63,246 nt of DNA from a virus. Lineage: Duplodnaviria > Caudoviricetes. The DNA lies in the IMG/VR virus record IMGVR_UViG_3300020044_011668, positions 1 through 63,246 of that record; one strand, written 5' to 3'. Each line of letters begins with the position of its first letter. The first letter of the stretch is position 1. Of the stretch, positions 26,496 through 37,800 are shown piece after piece. A program made the position numbers and the translations under genes. The notes beneath the pieces are model-generated. The model was not told the DNA's origin and searched no databases. It was given only the letters and a program-made list of their open reading frames with translations.

Positions 26496-27491
26496 ATGTG
26501 CCTTATTATACATAACCCTCTCGGCGTCGACATCGACACCGACATCATCGAAAGCGCCCTGTGCTACAACCCCGACGGCTTCGGCATCTTCTACCACGAC
26601 GACGGCTCGGTCGTGCGCACCATGTCATTCGACAAGCCGTTGAAGCTCATGCTCTGCGCTCGCCCTTACACTGCGCACTTCCGCTACTCAACGAGCGGCA
26701 AGACGGGTAAGAAGCAGTGCCACCCATTCCCGATCGACTCCCGCTACCTGCTCATGCAGAACGGCACGGTCGAGCGGCTGCGCAGCGAGAAGCACGTCGA
26801 CACCGCAGTGCTTGCAGAGTTGCTCGGCACCGTGCCCAAGAAGTATTGGGCTACCGTTCTCGGCACGCACAACTGCCGCTTTGCAATCTGCGACACGCAG
26901 ACCGGTGCCGTGGAGATCATCAACGAGGATCTCTGGCATAAGCATGACGACGACTGCCTCTACAGCAAGCCCGACGTGCTGCTGGATGTCTACGCTGCGC
27001 CCGCTACGAAGACCACCCACTACGGCAGGGGGCCGGACACGTGGGAAGACGAGTGGGAGACCGGCATGCGCGGCACGCATGGCCCCGTGCTGAGCTTCCA
27101 CGAGGAAGAAGATCCGGTAGGTGCCGAGGACCTGTATCCTGTAGCCGTCTACGGAACCCTGAAACAGGGACACGGGAACCACGACCGCTACCTTGACGAC
27201 AGCTACTACACCGGCAGCGGAATCACTGCGGACAAACTACCCCTGATCATCCACGGCCTGCCGTATCTGCTCAAGGAACCCGGTCGCGGGCACCGCGTGG
27301 AGGTCGAAGTGTATCAGGTTACCGCGGCCACGCTGCGGGCACTGGACGGCCTTGAAGGACACCCGCAGTGGTATCGCAGGGAGCTCACCACCATTGAGCT
27401 TGACAGCGGCGGCAGCATCGAGGCATGGGTCTACTTCATGACGGACCTCAGCTACGACACGAAGGGCGTCATCCTACACGACAGCTACTGA
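26496..27491 (+). CDS. Class II glutamine amidotransferase fused to gamma-glutamylcyclotransferase (GGCT/AIG2-like)
   Basis: N-terminal MC, NPDGFG, HFRYSTSG, CHPF, QNG; C-terminal VYGTLKQG...LDGLEG..WYRR. Confidence 0.88.
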   Translation: MCLIIHNPLGVDIDTDIIESALCYNPDGFGIFYHDDGSVVRTMSFDKPLKLMLCARPYTAHFRYSTSGKTGKKQCHPFPIDSRYLLMQNGTVERLRSEKHVDTAVLAELLGTVPKKYWATVLGTHNCRFAICDTQTGAVEIINEDLWHKHDDDCLYSKPDVLLDVYAAPATKTTHYGRGPDTWEDEWETGMRGTHGPVLSFHEEEDPVGAEDLYPVAVYGTLKQGHGNHDRYLDDSYYTGSGITADKLPLIIHGLPYLLKEPGRGHRVEVEVYQVTAATLRALDGLEGHPQWYRRELTTIELDSGGSIEAWVYFMTDLSYDTKGVILHDSY

Positions 27492-27492
27492 C

Positions 27493-27771
27493 ATGAGCAC
27501 CCAACGAAATACCGAAGCCCGCAAGGAGGCACTCGCTCGAAGGGCGGCACAGAACCGCAAGGAGCGGGCGCTCAAGCAAGGGCGCGTGCTTGCACACAAC
27601 TGCGAGCGCGGGCAGCTCATCGCTTGGTTCGCCAAGCAACCGACACGCTCGCTGCGCGAATTCAAGCGGGCCATCGACGCCGCCCGCCTGACCCGCCTTC
27701 AGCGCAGCATCAAGCACGCCAGCAAGGTGCGTCAGGAACGCCGACGGGAACTCAAAAACCTAGAGGCATGA
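27493..27771 (+). CDS. Basic hypothetical protein
   Basis: Coupled to its neighbours; GQLIAWF motif. Confidence 0.6.
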   Translation: MSTQRNTEARKEALARRAAQNRKERALKQGRVLAHNCERGQLIAWFAKQPTRSLREFKRAIDAARLTRLQRSIKHASKVRQERRRELKNLEA

Positions 27772-27866
27772 CCCTGCTCAGCTTACTCGACGGGCTGCTG
27801 GTGCTCTGCACCAGTGCAGCCGCTGTGCTGCTACTGATTTCCCTCTGGCTACCAGAGGACGACTGA
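27768..27866 (+). CDS. Small single-TM peptide
   Basis: ATGA overlap; 32 aa, hydrophobic. Confidence 0.5.
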   Translation: MTLLSLLDGLLVLCTSAAAVLLLISLWLPEDD

Positions 27867-27884
27867 AAACAAAACAAACACGAT

Positions 27885-28952
27885 ATGAAAACAACACCAA
27901 GTGCACTCAAGCAAATTGCCCCCGCCGTCTTCAACACGCAGCGTTTCCTGTTCATCGTAGGACAGGGCGGAAGCGGCAAGACCAGCATCGCCTGCAACGA
28001 CATCGCATCCGCGACGGGCAGGGAATGCTGGCTCGTGAACCTCTGCGGCCAAGGACCACAGGAGGTGCTGGGCTACGGCTTGCCACAGCCGAACGGCGAC
28101 ATGCGCTTCAGCGCGCCGGTCATCTGGCCAACCTACGAGCGTGTCGGCGACAAGCCCGTGCTGCTCATCTTGGACGAGCTGCCCGACTACGACCCAGAGG
28201 TGCGCGCCCTGCTGCGCGGCCTCTACCCTGCGGCTGGCGCACGTTACGTTGGACCCCACAAGCTGGGCACCAACGTGGCAGTGGTTGTCACGGGCAACCG
28301 ACGCAGCGATGGCACACGCTCCGCAGTGGAGGACGCGCCGTTCACCGAGCGTTGCATCAAGGTCACGTTGGAACCGAACGTGGGCGACTGGCTCGACTGG
28401 TATGACTCCCAGCCCGCGCTCGTTGCAAGCGGGTCACACGTGCCAGCCTTCCTGCGCTTCGGCACCACGGCGGGCGACGGCTGGGACTTCTTCAATCCGG
28501 CGGTCAAGCAACCCTACGACGGCGAACCACATCCGTGTCCCCGCACATGGGAAGCGGTCGCGTTGCTCAGCTCGCTGCGCACGACGGACAAGGACACCTT
28601 CATGGCCTGCGTCGAGGGCAGCATCGGTGCACGTGCGGCGAGCGCATACTTCGGGTTCCTCACACACGTCGACCGCGTGCCCGACATCAATGCCCTGAAG
28701 GCGGACCCCGACAACTTCGACGTGCCCTTCGATCCAGCTTCGCAATACGCACTCGTGAGTGCCTGCCTCGCCACCGCTACTCGCGGCGTGCGGGATCTCG
28801 CGGCTGCCACACATGCCGGTGCCTTCGACTGGCTCGTGTCCCTGCTGCTGCGCTGCCGCGGCGATATCCAAAGCTACGGTGCACGCTCCGCAGTTCGGCG
28901 CGGCATACCACTAGACCAACTTCCAGCAGGCGCTACGCTACTGCTCGACTGA
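27885..28952 (+). CDS. MoxR-like AAA+ ATPase
   Basis: Walker A GQGGSGKT, Walker B LLILDE, TGNR, arginine finger in FTER, PRTWE. Confidence 0.85.
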   Translation: MKTTPSALKQIAPAVFNTQRFLFIVGQGGSGKTSIACNDIASATGRECWLVNLCGQGPQEVLGYGLPQPNGDMRFSAPVIWPTYERVGDKPVLLILDELPDYDPEVRALLRGLYPAAGARYVGPHKLGTNVAVVVTGNRRSDGTRSAVEDAPFTERCIKVTLEPNVGDWLDWYDSQPALVASGSHVPAFLRFGTTAGDGWDFFNPAVKQPYDGEPHPCPRTWEAVALLSSLRTTDKDTFMACVEGSIGARAASAYFGFLTHVDRVPDINALKADPDNFDVPFDPASQYALVSACLATATRGVRDLAAATHAGAFDWLVSLLLRCRGDIQSYGARSAVRRGIPLDQLPAGATLLLD

Positions 28953-28990
28953 ACAAACGAACAACAACAACACAACTAGACCAACGAAAT

Positions 28991-29845
28991 ATGAATACCA
29001 TCCACAGCATCGTGCTCTGCTTCTACAGCACCACCGCACCACGCACCACCGCCCTGAACCGCAGCGCCACCGCAAGGGCAACCGCCAGTGCGGGCGCGGC
29101 ATCAAGCGCGGCGCGCCTTTACAACTCGGTGATCAACGCCAAGGGCACCGCCGTAGGGCGTGCGATTTCCCTGCAAAACCAAACCGGAACCCTGATACGG
29201 CGACACTGCATGCCGTGCTCGGCGGGCGGTCACTACGTCAGGGTTCGCGATGTCCCGCGCGTGCAGGACATCTTCGACGAGGCACTGTTGCAGTTGGACA
29301 CAATCCGCGAAGACATCCTTGCGACATACCCTACCATCGTGGACGGCGTGCTGCAGCGGCTCGGCTCGTTTGCACAGGAAGTCGCGGTGCCCACGGCGAG
29401 CGAGGTTGCGTCGAAGTTCACGATGTCCCTCGCGTTTACCAACCAGCCGATGGCCATTGATGGACCCGTGCTCAACGGACTGTCGGAGGAAGTGGCCAAC
29501 CGTGTGCGTGCCGAGTCGAAGGCGCAGGTCCACGACATGCTGCACAAGGCGCACGCCGCACCGGTGCAGGATCTGAAGTCCACGCTCGACGAGGTGCTGG
29601 ACCGCCTCCGCAATGCCGAGCGCTTTCATGTCACCCAGTTCGACAAGCTCGCTGCCGAAGCGAGGCGGGTTCGGGAACTCAACGTGCTTGCATTGCCCGA
29701 GATCAACACCGCACTCGCAGCGGTAGAGGGTGTGCTCGCCGAGCGCAAGGAAGCCATGACCAAGGACGAGCGCGCAGCGGCGGCGGCGAAGGTGGTGCAG
29801 GCTATGAACACGGCAGACGACACCCTCGCAGCCATTGGCCTTTGA
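28991..29845 (+). CDS. Helical protein between the AAA and vWA genes (DUF3150-like)
   Basis: 284 aa, mostly helical; called largely from position. Confidence 0.5.
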   Translation: MNTIHSIVLCFYSTTAPRTTALNRSATARATASAGAASSAARLYNSVINAKGTAVGRAISLQNQTGTLIRRHCMPCSAGGHYVRVRDVPRVQDIFDEALLQLDTIREDILATYPTIVDGVLQRLGSFAQEVAVPTASEVASKFTMSLAFTNQPMAIDGPVLNGLSEEVANRVRAESKAQVHDMLHKAHAAPVQDLKSTLDEVLDRLRNAERFHVTQFDKLAAEARRVRELNVLALPEINTALAAVEGVLAERKEAMTKDERAAAAAKVVQAMNTADDTLAAIGL

Positions 29846-29865
29846 ACACAAACAGAACAAACAAC

Positions 29866-31296
29866 ATGCAAACATTCGACCCAACCAAACTAAGCAACGA
29901 CGCGCTGCTCAGCCGCGCCTTGCGGCAGGTATCCAAGCACTGGCCGTTGGCCTACAGCAAGCTGCTCTCGTTGGAGTGGCGCTGGTCCGCGGCCACACCA
30001 TACGGGGCAACCGATGGCAGGGAGCTCATCCTGAACCCCGCAGGCATCAACAAGCTGCAAAGACAGCCGAACGGCGTTGGGCTCTGCGCCTTCCTGCTGG
30101 TGCATGAGTCACTGCATGCGCTGCTCGGACACGGCTGGCGTCTCGCCAAGATGCGGGACCCCAAGTGCGCGAACGTCGCGGCGGACTACATCATCAACGC
30201 GATGATCAAGGCCCGCAACAAGGAGCTCGGCAAGGCGGTGTTCCCGCTGATCGACGGCGTGCTCCTGAACGAAGAGCTCAGCGGCGACAAGTCCGTCGAG
30301 CAACTGTATCGGGAACTGCAACAGCCCGCGCAGAGACCAACCCCGAAAGCCCCTGAACCTAAGCAAGATGAGAACAAAGATGACAACGAAGGAGAAGACA
30401 ACGATGACGACGAAGGCGCAGCCGGTGACGACGAAGGCGAAGGCAACGACGCCGCAGAAAGCGAAGAGGACGACACTGCTGGGCTCGATACCGGTGGTGA
30501 TACTGCTGCAGACGATGATGGATCTGATACCGCCGACGGCGGCACTGATTCGGGCTCTGCTGATTCGCTCGATGACTTCGTCGGCACCGGAGCCGAAGAC
30601 ACCTACAAACCGATCGTCGGTGAGAACGACACGGATGATTCGGTAGCGGCCAAGATGGAGGAGGACAATGACCGCTTGCTCCTTGCAGATCACATCGAGC
30701 GCGCCGGTGGTGGCGACAGCGGCATGACCGGAACGAGGGTCATGCAGCAGCGCGTGCTTCCGCAGCCGATGCCGTGGGCCGAACTGCTGCACGAGTGGCT
30801 GCGCGGGAGCTCACGGAGCGGTTGGTCCAGCCCGTTCAATGCACCCGTGCACGGCAGCACCGGCTTGGTCTGCTGCGGCAGGCGCAAGCGCAGCGCGGGC
30901 GATATCGTGCTGGTGATCGACACCTCCGGTTCGGTGCCCGCCCGTGTCTACGACAGGTTCCTCAAGGAGGCACACACCATACTGCAGGAACTCAGACCCG
31001 AGCGGCTGCACCTGCTGTCGGTATCGCACTACGTGTGTGAAGCAGTAACCCTTGAGCGCGGCGACGACATGCCGCTGTCGCTCAAGGGTGGTGGCGGCAC
31101 CGCGTTCCAACCTGCCTTCGACTGGGTGCAGCGTGAAAACATACAGCCCGACGTGCTGGTCTACCTGACCGACGGCGTTGCCTACGACATCAATTCCTTG
31201 CAGGCACCCGACTACCCAGTTCTCTGGGTCAGCACGCTGTGCCAGCCCGAACACTACCCGTTTGGTGACACCATCATGACCACTGACTTCAACTGA
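29866..31296 (+). CDS. Zincin metallopeptidase-vWA protein (DUF2201-like)
   Basis: ATDG, HESLHALLGH, NVAADYIIN; acidic linker; MIDAS DTSGS, GGGGT, LTDG. Confidence 0.88.
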   Translation: MQTFDPTKLSNDALLSRALRQVSKHWPLAYSKLLSLEWRWSAATPYGATDGRELILNPAGINKLQRQPNGVGLCAFLLVHESLHALLGHGWRLAKMRDPKCANVAADYIINAMIKARNKELGKAVFPLIDGVLLNEELSGDKSVEQLYRELQQPAQRPTPKAPEPKQDENKDDNEGEDNDDDEGAAGDDEGEGNDAAESEEDDTAGLDTGGDTAADDDGSDTADGGTDSGSADSLDDFVGTGAEDTYKPIVGENDTDDSVAAKMEEDNDRLLLADHIERAGGGDSGMTGTRVMQQRVLPQPMPWAELLHEWLRGSSRSGWSSPFNAPVHGSTGLVCCGRRKRSAGDIVLVIDTSGSVPARVYDRFLKEAHTILQELRPERLHLLSVSHYVCEAVTLERGDDMPLSLKGGGGTAFQPAFDWVQRENIQPDVLVYLTDGVAYDINSLQAPDYPVLWVSTLCQPEHYPFGDTIMTTDFN

Positions 31297-31316
31297 TTCC
31301 AACCTAAACTACTACC

Positions 31317-31592
31317 ATGCAAACTGAAAACACACTCGTCGACGCAATCGACACAGGCACGCAGATCTTCAACATCAAGGCTGAACTAACCCGCAAGGGT
31401 TTGTTCTTCACGAGTTACTGCCAGCTCGTGACCGTGCGCAGCAAGCACCTTGAGATGGAGCGCGTGCTGGATCTCTTCATCGACATGACCCTCATGGCCT
31501 GCGGCCTCGATGGCGAAGGCAATGAAGACATGGCTGATGCCGTCGAGGCACACATCCGCAAGTTCGTCAACCGCGCAATCGAAGAGCTTTGA
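31317..31592 (+). CDS. Hypothetical protein
   Basis: 91-aa ORF in the early operon. Confidence 0.6.
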   Translation: MQTENTLVDAIDTGTQIFNIKAELTRKGLFFTSYCQLVTVRSKHLEMERVLDLFIDMTLMACGLDGEGNEDMADAVEAHIRKFVNRAIEEL

Positions 31593-31765
31593 GCGACTAC
31601 TATGACAAGAAGCTCCGCGCAGCAGCGGCCAAAGGGCAACTGCTGCGCTGGTTCCATGAGCGCAGCGTGCGTGAACTCAAAGCCATGCGCACTGCGTTCG
31701 AACAGGCACAACAAACTAACACACAGAAAGATACAACAAATTGCAAATCTTCAACTTCATCGTGA
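31589..31765 (+). CDS. Small protein resembling 27493-27771
   Basis: TTGA overlap; GQLLRWFHERSVRELK versus GQLIAWFAKQPTRSLR. Confidence 0.45.
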   Translation: MSDYYDKKLRAAAAKGQLLRWFHERSVRELKAMRTAFEQAQQTNTQKDTTNCKSSTSS

Positions 31766-31836
31766 CCGTCCTGTTCTTCGGCATCCTCTACGTCCCGTGG
31801 ATCTACGTCCTGTGCATACTCATTCGACGACGTTGA
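31741..31836 (+). CDS. Small membrane peptide (MQIFNFIVTVLFFGILYVPWIYVLCILIRRR)
   Basis: TTG after an A-rich leader; hydrophobic with a basic end. Confidence 0.4.
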   Translation: MQIFNFIVTVLFFGILYVPWIYVLCILIRRR

Positions 31837-34800
31837 ACACAGCGGGCTGACCCGATAGCGCGCGCCGGATAGTGTTGATCCGATTCATCGGGTCGTCCTC
31901 TCCGGTGCGCGTCATGTTCTGATACACACCCTTGAGCCATGCTTGGTTCGGAGTCCAGCGGTAGTTCCTACCCTGCTCGGCAAGCTCGACGCGCTGGGCT
32001 GAGAAGCCCGCGTTCTTCGCGCTGCTGAAGATCGAACCTCGCGTTGAGCCCAAACCCTTTAAACCCTCAACGGTCTTGGCCAGCTTGCGCTGTGTTCGGT
32101 TCAAGGCTTCTTGGTGTTCGAGAAGCGTCTGCTCTACCTCGTTGTCGTCTAGTTTCCTGCCGGTGACGAGCGAAGACTTGATCTGCGCACTGTCGTCGAG
32201 CATCTTTTTCACACCGCGGAACGCGCGGTATTCGATTTCACTCAGCTTCTGAATCCGTGGGCGCGCACCAGTGAACTCACCGACGATCATCTCCTTCGCG
32301 TCCTGTTCGCCTGTGCGTGTCGCTTTGCGCACGAAGGCAGAGATCGCAGGCTCCATCGCCCCCTCGGCGTAGTGCAGCATGCTTTTGCCGAACACCTCCG
32401 CGGCGTTGTCATTCTCGCGGTAGATCGGCTGCCCGAAGTCGTTCTCGTTCTGTGGCCAGATTTCACTGGCCGTCTTCGCTGCGATCTGCATACCGATCAG
32501 CTGGTTCACCACGTAGGAAGCGACCTTCCGTCCGCTGGGGCCTTCCCCTGTTTGAATACCCTCCAAGATGATGTTCCCCATGTCGGTGAGCTGCGCGTAG
32601 GGGGTGATCGCCGTCATGTCGATCACCATCACGCCGCTCTCCGTCAAGCGCGTGAAGACATCGTGGCCCTTTTGCCATTCCGGCATGGACTCCCGCAGGG
32701 CGAATAGCTCCTCCGGTGTGAGCTCCCTGCCGCTGAAGCGGTCCTCCTCGTCGCCGAGACCGGCGATGACGCTGAAGATCGTCTGGTAGAGGAAGCCCAT
32801 TGCCTTACCTGCACCGAACATTACGCTGGTCCAGCCCACGATTCTCTTCACACCCATCGCCCTCTCGGCAGGGCCTTCCCCTTGGGTGATCTCCTTGTAG
32901 GCAAGGCGCGGAATGTTATACATGGTGCGGAACACCTCGGTCTTCCAGCCCGCGAACGGGAACAGGATCAGGCCAGCGCTCGTCTTGTTCATGCTTTTCA
33001 CCCAGTCGAAGCGACGGGAGTGCGTCGGCGTGCACAGCTTGGTTTTGTCCGCGGCCTTCAGTTCGAGCGTGCGCAGCAGGCGCTGTTCGGGATCTGCCGC
33101 TTCCTGTGCGAGCTGCTGTTTCTTGTCGGCTTTGAGCACTTCCAAGTTGGTGTAGTAGGCCTGCACCTTCACCGCGCCGTCGGTCACGTTGTTGAGTGAA
33201 GCGAGGATGTCAATGGTCTTGTCGTAGCGAACACCGACCTTCTTGAAGATCGCCTTGAGAGGCCCCGGATTCCCGCTCGCCGCTTCTTGATAGGCCAAGA
33301 ACAGAGAGTCGAGTTCTTGTTCACTGCTGAACTCGAAGCCGCGGGTCATGTCCTTCAACGCACGCGCGCTCGTGTCGTCCTTCAGCATCTGCAGCTCGAT
33401 GAGTCGCTCGATCTCAGCAGCCTCTTCTGACGTGCGCTTCCATGATTCGAAGTTCGCCAAGAACGAGAGCTTGAATGCTTTCAGCGTGTGTTTGTTGGCG
33501 GGTGCCACGCCCTGTGCCGTGGTCAGCAAGAACTGGCCCGACACCATGTTGCGCGCGTGGAACCCGACCGAAGGCAGCGTTTTCATGGTCGTGGCAAATG
33601 CCGCGCCGTGACGCACCCAAGTCCCGACGTCCTGCATCAGGGTGTCGGTGGTGGAATCAATCCGGCGGGCACCCTCGCCGAACTCGGCTTGCAGAGCGCG
33701 TGCAATTTCCGGCGTCGTGTAGAGCCCCTCAAGTGGGTCGAGTGCCGCGTCGGCGTAGCGCTTTCCAAAGGCGGGCGTGCTGTTCTTGGCGTCCGGCTTG
33801 TTGCTGGCCAAACCCATGCTGAGCAGCGTGCTGCGGGCTCCGCTCAGGAATCTGTCGTTCGCTGCGATCTTGGCGACGTTTGCCATCGTGCGCATTGCGT
33901 TCTCCAATGGGTCTTCGATCACGCCGAGTAGCTCAAGCACAGCGTTGTCGAGGTCCCGCTTCGGCAGGAAGCGCTTGATGTCCTTCTTGATGGAGTCGGT
34001 GTTCGTGCCTGCGTATTGCTCCGTGCTGCTCTGCAGAGCAGCGAGATACTGGTCGAGCTTCTTGTGGGTGCGCTCTTGGATCTCCTCTGCCGTGGCGACT
34101 TCACCCCTGCGCTGCGCGTCAGCAACGACGTCCGCCTCGTAGGCCTTGGCCGCGTTGTCGCGCAGTTTCGCGAAATCAACCTCCTTGCCGCGGAACATCG
34201 CGAGCTGCGTGCCGTCTGGCATCACGCCCTTGTTGGAGGCCATGAGCGCCCACCCTTCGGTGGTGAAGAAGTCAAAGGTTCGCGTCAAGTAGACACCCAA
34301 GTTGTCGTCAATCGACGCGTTGAGGTGTTTGAATCGCTCGGACATGTTGTCGATGTCCTTACGGAATTTGACGAGTAGGTCTGCAAGCTCATCGCTGCCG
34401 CTGTTGCGGATGCGCTGCTGTGCGTCGGCCTGCTGCTGTGCGAACGCCGTGTTGCTCGCGATTCGCTCCACTCGCCGCAAGCGGTAGAGCTCGTTCTGGA
34501 TCATCTCCTCGGCCAGCACTTCGTCCATGTCGGCGGGCAGCTTGTTGATGAACACGTCGAGCTCAGCGCGAACCCGAGCGCGTGCCGCATTGTCGAGCGC
34601 CGGTGTGGTTCTACCAAGAACGTCGCGCACGTCGTCGAGCGACACGTTCGGTGATTTGGCCAGCAACCTAACGGCGCGCTTCTGGAAATACTCGATCTGG
34701 TTTGTGGCAACGGCCATGATACCGTCTCGCGCTTCCTTCTCGACCTTCAGGTAGGAGGGCAGGTTCTCGAAGCGCTTGCCGAGCCGACGCCAGAACCCGT

Positions 34801-37800
34801 CGATCTCTGCTTGGCCCGCCTTGGTGGCGGCACCGATTGGGAGCGAGAACAACGTGCTGTCCGAAGCTCCCGTGAGCGCCCGCTCAAATTCGGCGGCATC
34901 ACCAAGCAGGTTCGGGTCCGCCTTGGGTGCCGCTGGCAGGTAGCCACCGTTACGCATTTTGCGAAGTTGACGTGCGGCATTGCTGATGCTCGCCGCGGTG
35001 CCGGTGGTTGGTTGCTCGAAGAATCGCGCCCGTAGGCGGGTGACAAAAGCACCCAGCGCGTCGATGAACTTCGCGAGCAGCGACGGTCTGCTGCGGAGGA
35101 ACAACATCCGTTGCTCGCTGGTGCGTCCGTTCGCGATGCGTTCGATCTCCATGCGCACCCACTCGGCTGCGATCTTCCAATCAGGCATTGCGCCTCTTGC
35201 TCGATCGGCTGCGATTTTTGCGGCGCGCTTCTCGAAGTCCGGCTCGTTGCCACTGTAGTATCTGTCAACAATCTCGGCAAGCTTCTCGGTGCCGAGCTCA
35301 TCGGCGAGGGCTTGGTAGTCCGCAGGGGTGTAAACCGAATCCGCTGCCGCGTGCCCGAGTTCGTGATCAACCGCCGTGCGCAGGGTAGCCAGTGCGTCGG
35401 CACGGGCAAGGCCGATGGTGAAACTCCCAACGAGGTTCGGGTTGTAGCGCACCACCGTTGGGTCGGTAACCGCATTGTAGCCAAGCGCGCCATCCATGTT
35501 CGGGTCTGCTTGCAGGGTGAATCCAGCAGGCAGCATGCCCTGTAGGGCTGCAGGGATGTCGGCGATGTTCTGCCTAAGCACGTTGTCGCCCTTCGGCGCA
35601 AGTATGGAAGACTGATCCCCCGTCCCGAACATCACGATGGCTTGATCCGGCGCGATGTTCTCGCTGCTGTAGGGCTTGGTTGCCGCGCGTTGTTCCGCCG
35701 TCATCGTGCGCCGCGATTGAACGTCGCGAGCTTCGATCTCACCAGCCAGCAAGCGGTAGAGCATGTCGAGGCCCTTGTTGCGGTTGCTTACAACCCAAGA
35801 AGAACCAAGCTCCACATCCACTGCGTTGATCGCCGATAGCAGCGATGCTCGGGTAGAACCCTTGTCGATGTTCAGGGCAATCTTCTGGGCGACCCATATC
35901 TCGTTAACGGATTTCTGGACCTCTGAGATTGAAGACTCCAACGAGGCGACCCGCTTCGCATCTGGTCCGCCCCGACCCAAGAACCCCCGCTTTTTGGCTT
36001 GCTCTTCCGCCAAGGAATCGACGTAGCTCTGGAGCGATTTTTCGTATCGGAGAAGTGCGATTCGGGCCTCTCGGAATTTGTTGGCGTCGGCGAGATCGCT
36101 TTGAGTGATGAGGTTATTGGTGGACCCCCCTCTAGCGAACCCTTCCTCTTTTTGAATCCAGTGCTGCACCTCATGCAGGATCGTGGAGAGCGTTTCGTCA
36201 CTGACCCTACCGTCCGACAGCGTGACCGTAGCGGTCATCATCGGCTCACCATCTAGAACGCGGAACGATCCACTTGAGATGTTTCCCCCGATCGGGAAGA
36301 ACGGGAGGTCAGCCAGCGCAGGGTAGGCAGAGAACAAAGCATCGTGCTTGAGAACGTCGCCGAGTCGCAGCACGGTTCCCGCTCGGATGCGGTCCAGTGC
36401 CGACTTGAGTGACAAGTTAGTGAACACTGGCCCGCCGTAAGCAGCGGTGGCGCGCTGATTGAACTCCTCGGTGGGGACCACCGTTGCTTGATTATCTGGG
36501 ATCTCCCAGCGCATCTTGCCGTCATAGTCTCCGGGGAACCAGCCAGTCGCCGCACGAATCTCCTCGCGGGTCTTGCCTGCCGCAGCCATAGCCTTCGCTG
36601 TTTCCAGCGAGTCGCGCATGAACTGGGGCATGTTCGCAGACTGGCCCGCGAGCATGTAGAGGATGTTGTCACCCTTCGGCGCAAGCATAGACAGGGTTCC
36701 GGCTTGCTGGTCCGTGGTGAAGGCTTCAGGGAAGACATCAAATGGGAGGGGTCCCGTTGGCATACCCAAAAACTGCCTACCGGTCAGGTAGAACGTCTTG
36801 GCGTTGGTGGAAAGATCGCGGATCAGCCCAAGTTCCTGCGCCTTTCGAAGAGCCAGCAGGTTGCCCTCGCTTCGGTTGGTGTCGTAGCTGAGCTCCCCGA
36901 GACCCATATCAGAAGCCTTGTATCGTTTGCTGGTGCTCAGGCTCCGGTCTCCGGTGCGAGAGTTGAGGTGCTGGATACCCTGCATCGCCACCTTTTGCAC
37001 TTCAGAAAGCTTGGCCTTTTGTCTAGCGGACTCATCGCTCCACTCCCCGTAACTCTTCCCGTAGAACGAGCTGGAGGATTTCGGCTTCGGTGCAGGTGCG
37101 GGTTCCGCAACCGGCTCGGGCTCTGCTGCAGCCGCTGCGGGTTCAGGAGACACCACCTTGTCGAGTTCCTTCTGGGCCACAATGATGCCTCCAGTCCCCT
37201 CGCGCATGTCGTTGGGGTCGTTGGTGACCATGTCGATAGCGTTCCAGACCGTCCAGTTGGTGGTCTTGCGCAGACCCCCAGCGAACGTGGACTCCGACTT
37301 CTTGGTGATCGTGATCAACCACCGTCCGTAGCGGTAGGTAGTCTCGTTCTTGTTCTTGCTGACCAGTGTTGGCTTCCCTGCAGGTTCCACGGCAGCAGGT
37401 TCCGCAACCGGTTCCACGGTGGCGGATTCCAGATACGGGGTGAAGGATTCGGGGTCGATCTCACGCACTAGCTGTTCGACGGTCAGCGGCACGACGGTGC
37501 TTTCGAAATCATCCAGCTCGAATCGAGGTTCCCCGTCTTCGTCTATCGTCACTTTCTCGATCTTGACAGGTTCACCTCGACGGCCCTGCAGCGTAACACC
37601 GACGAGCGACTCAGCGTTGCCCTCTTCGTTGAGCCAGTCTTCAAGCTCCTCAACGCTGTATGTGGTTCCCTCGGGGGCCACCGCAGGGGCTGTTTCTGGC
37701 GCAGGCTTGCCGCCGCTGAAGGCCCACTCACGTAGGGCGTTCAGCTTCTCGATGTCGAGCGGGCTTCCCTTGTCGGTGGACTCCGAATCAACCCAAGCGG

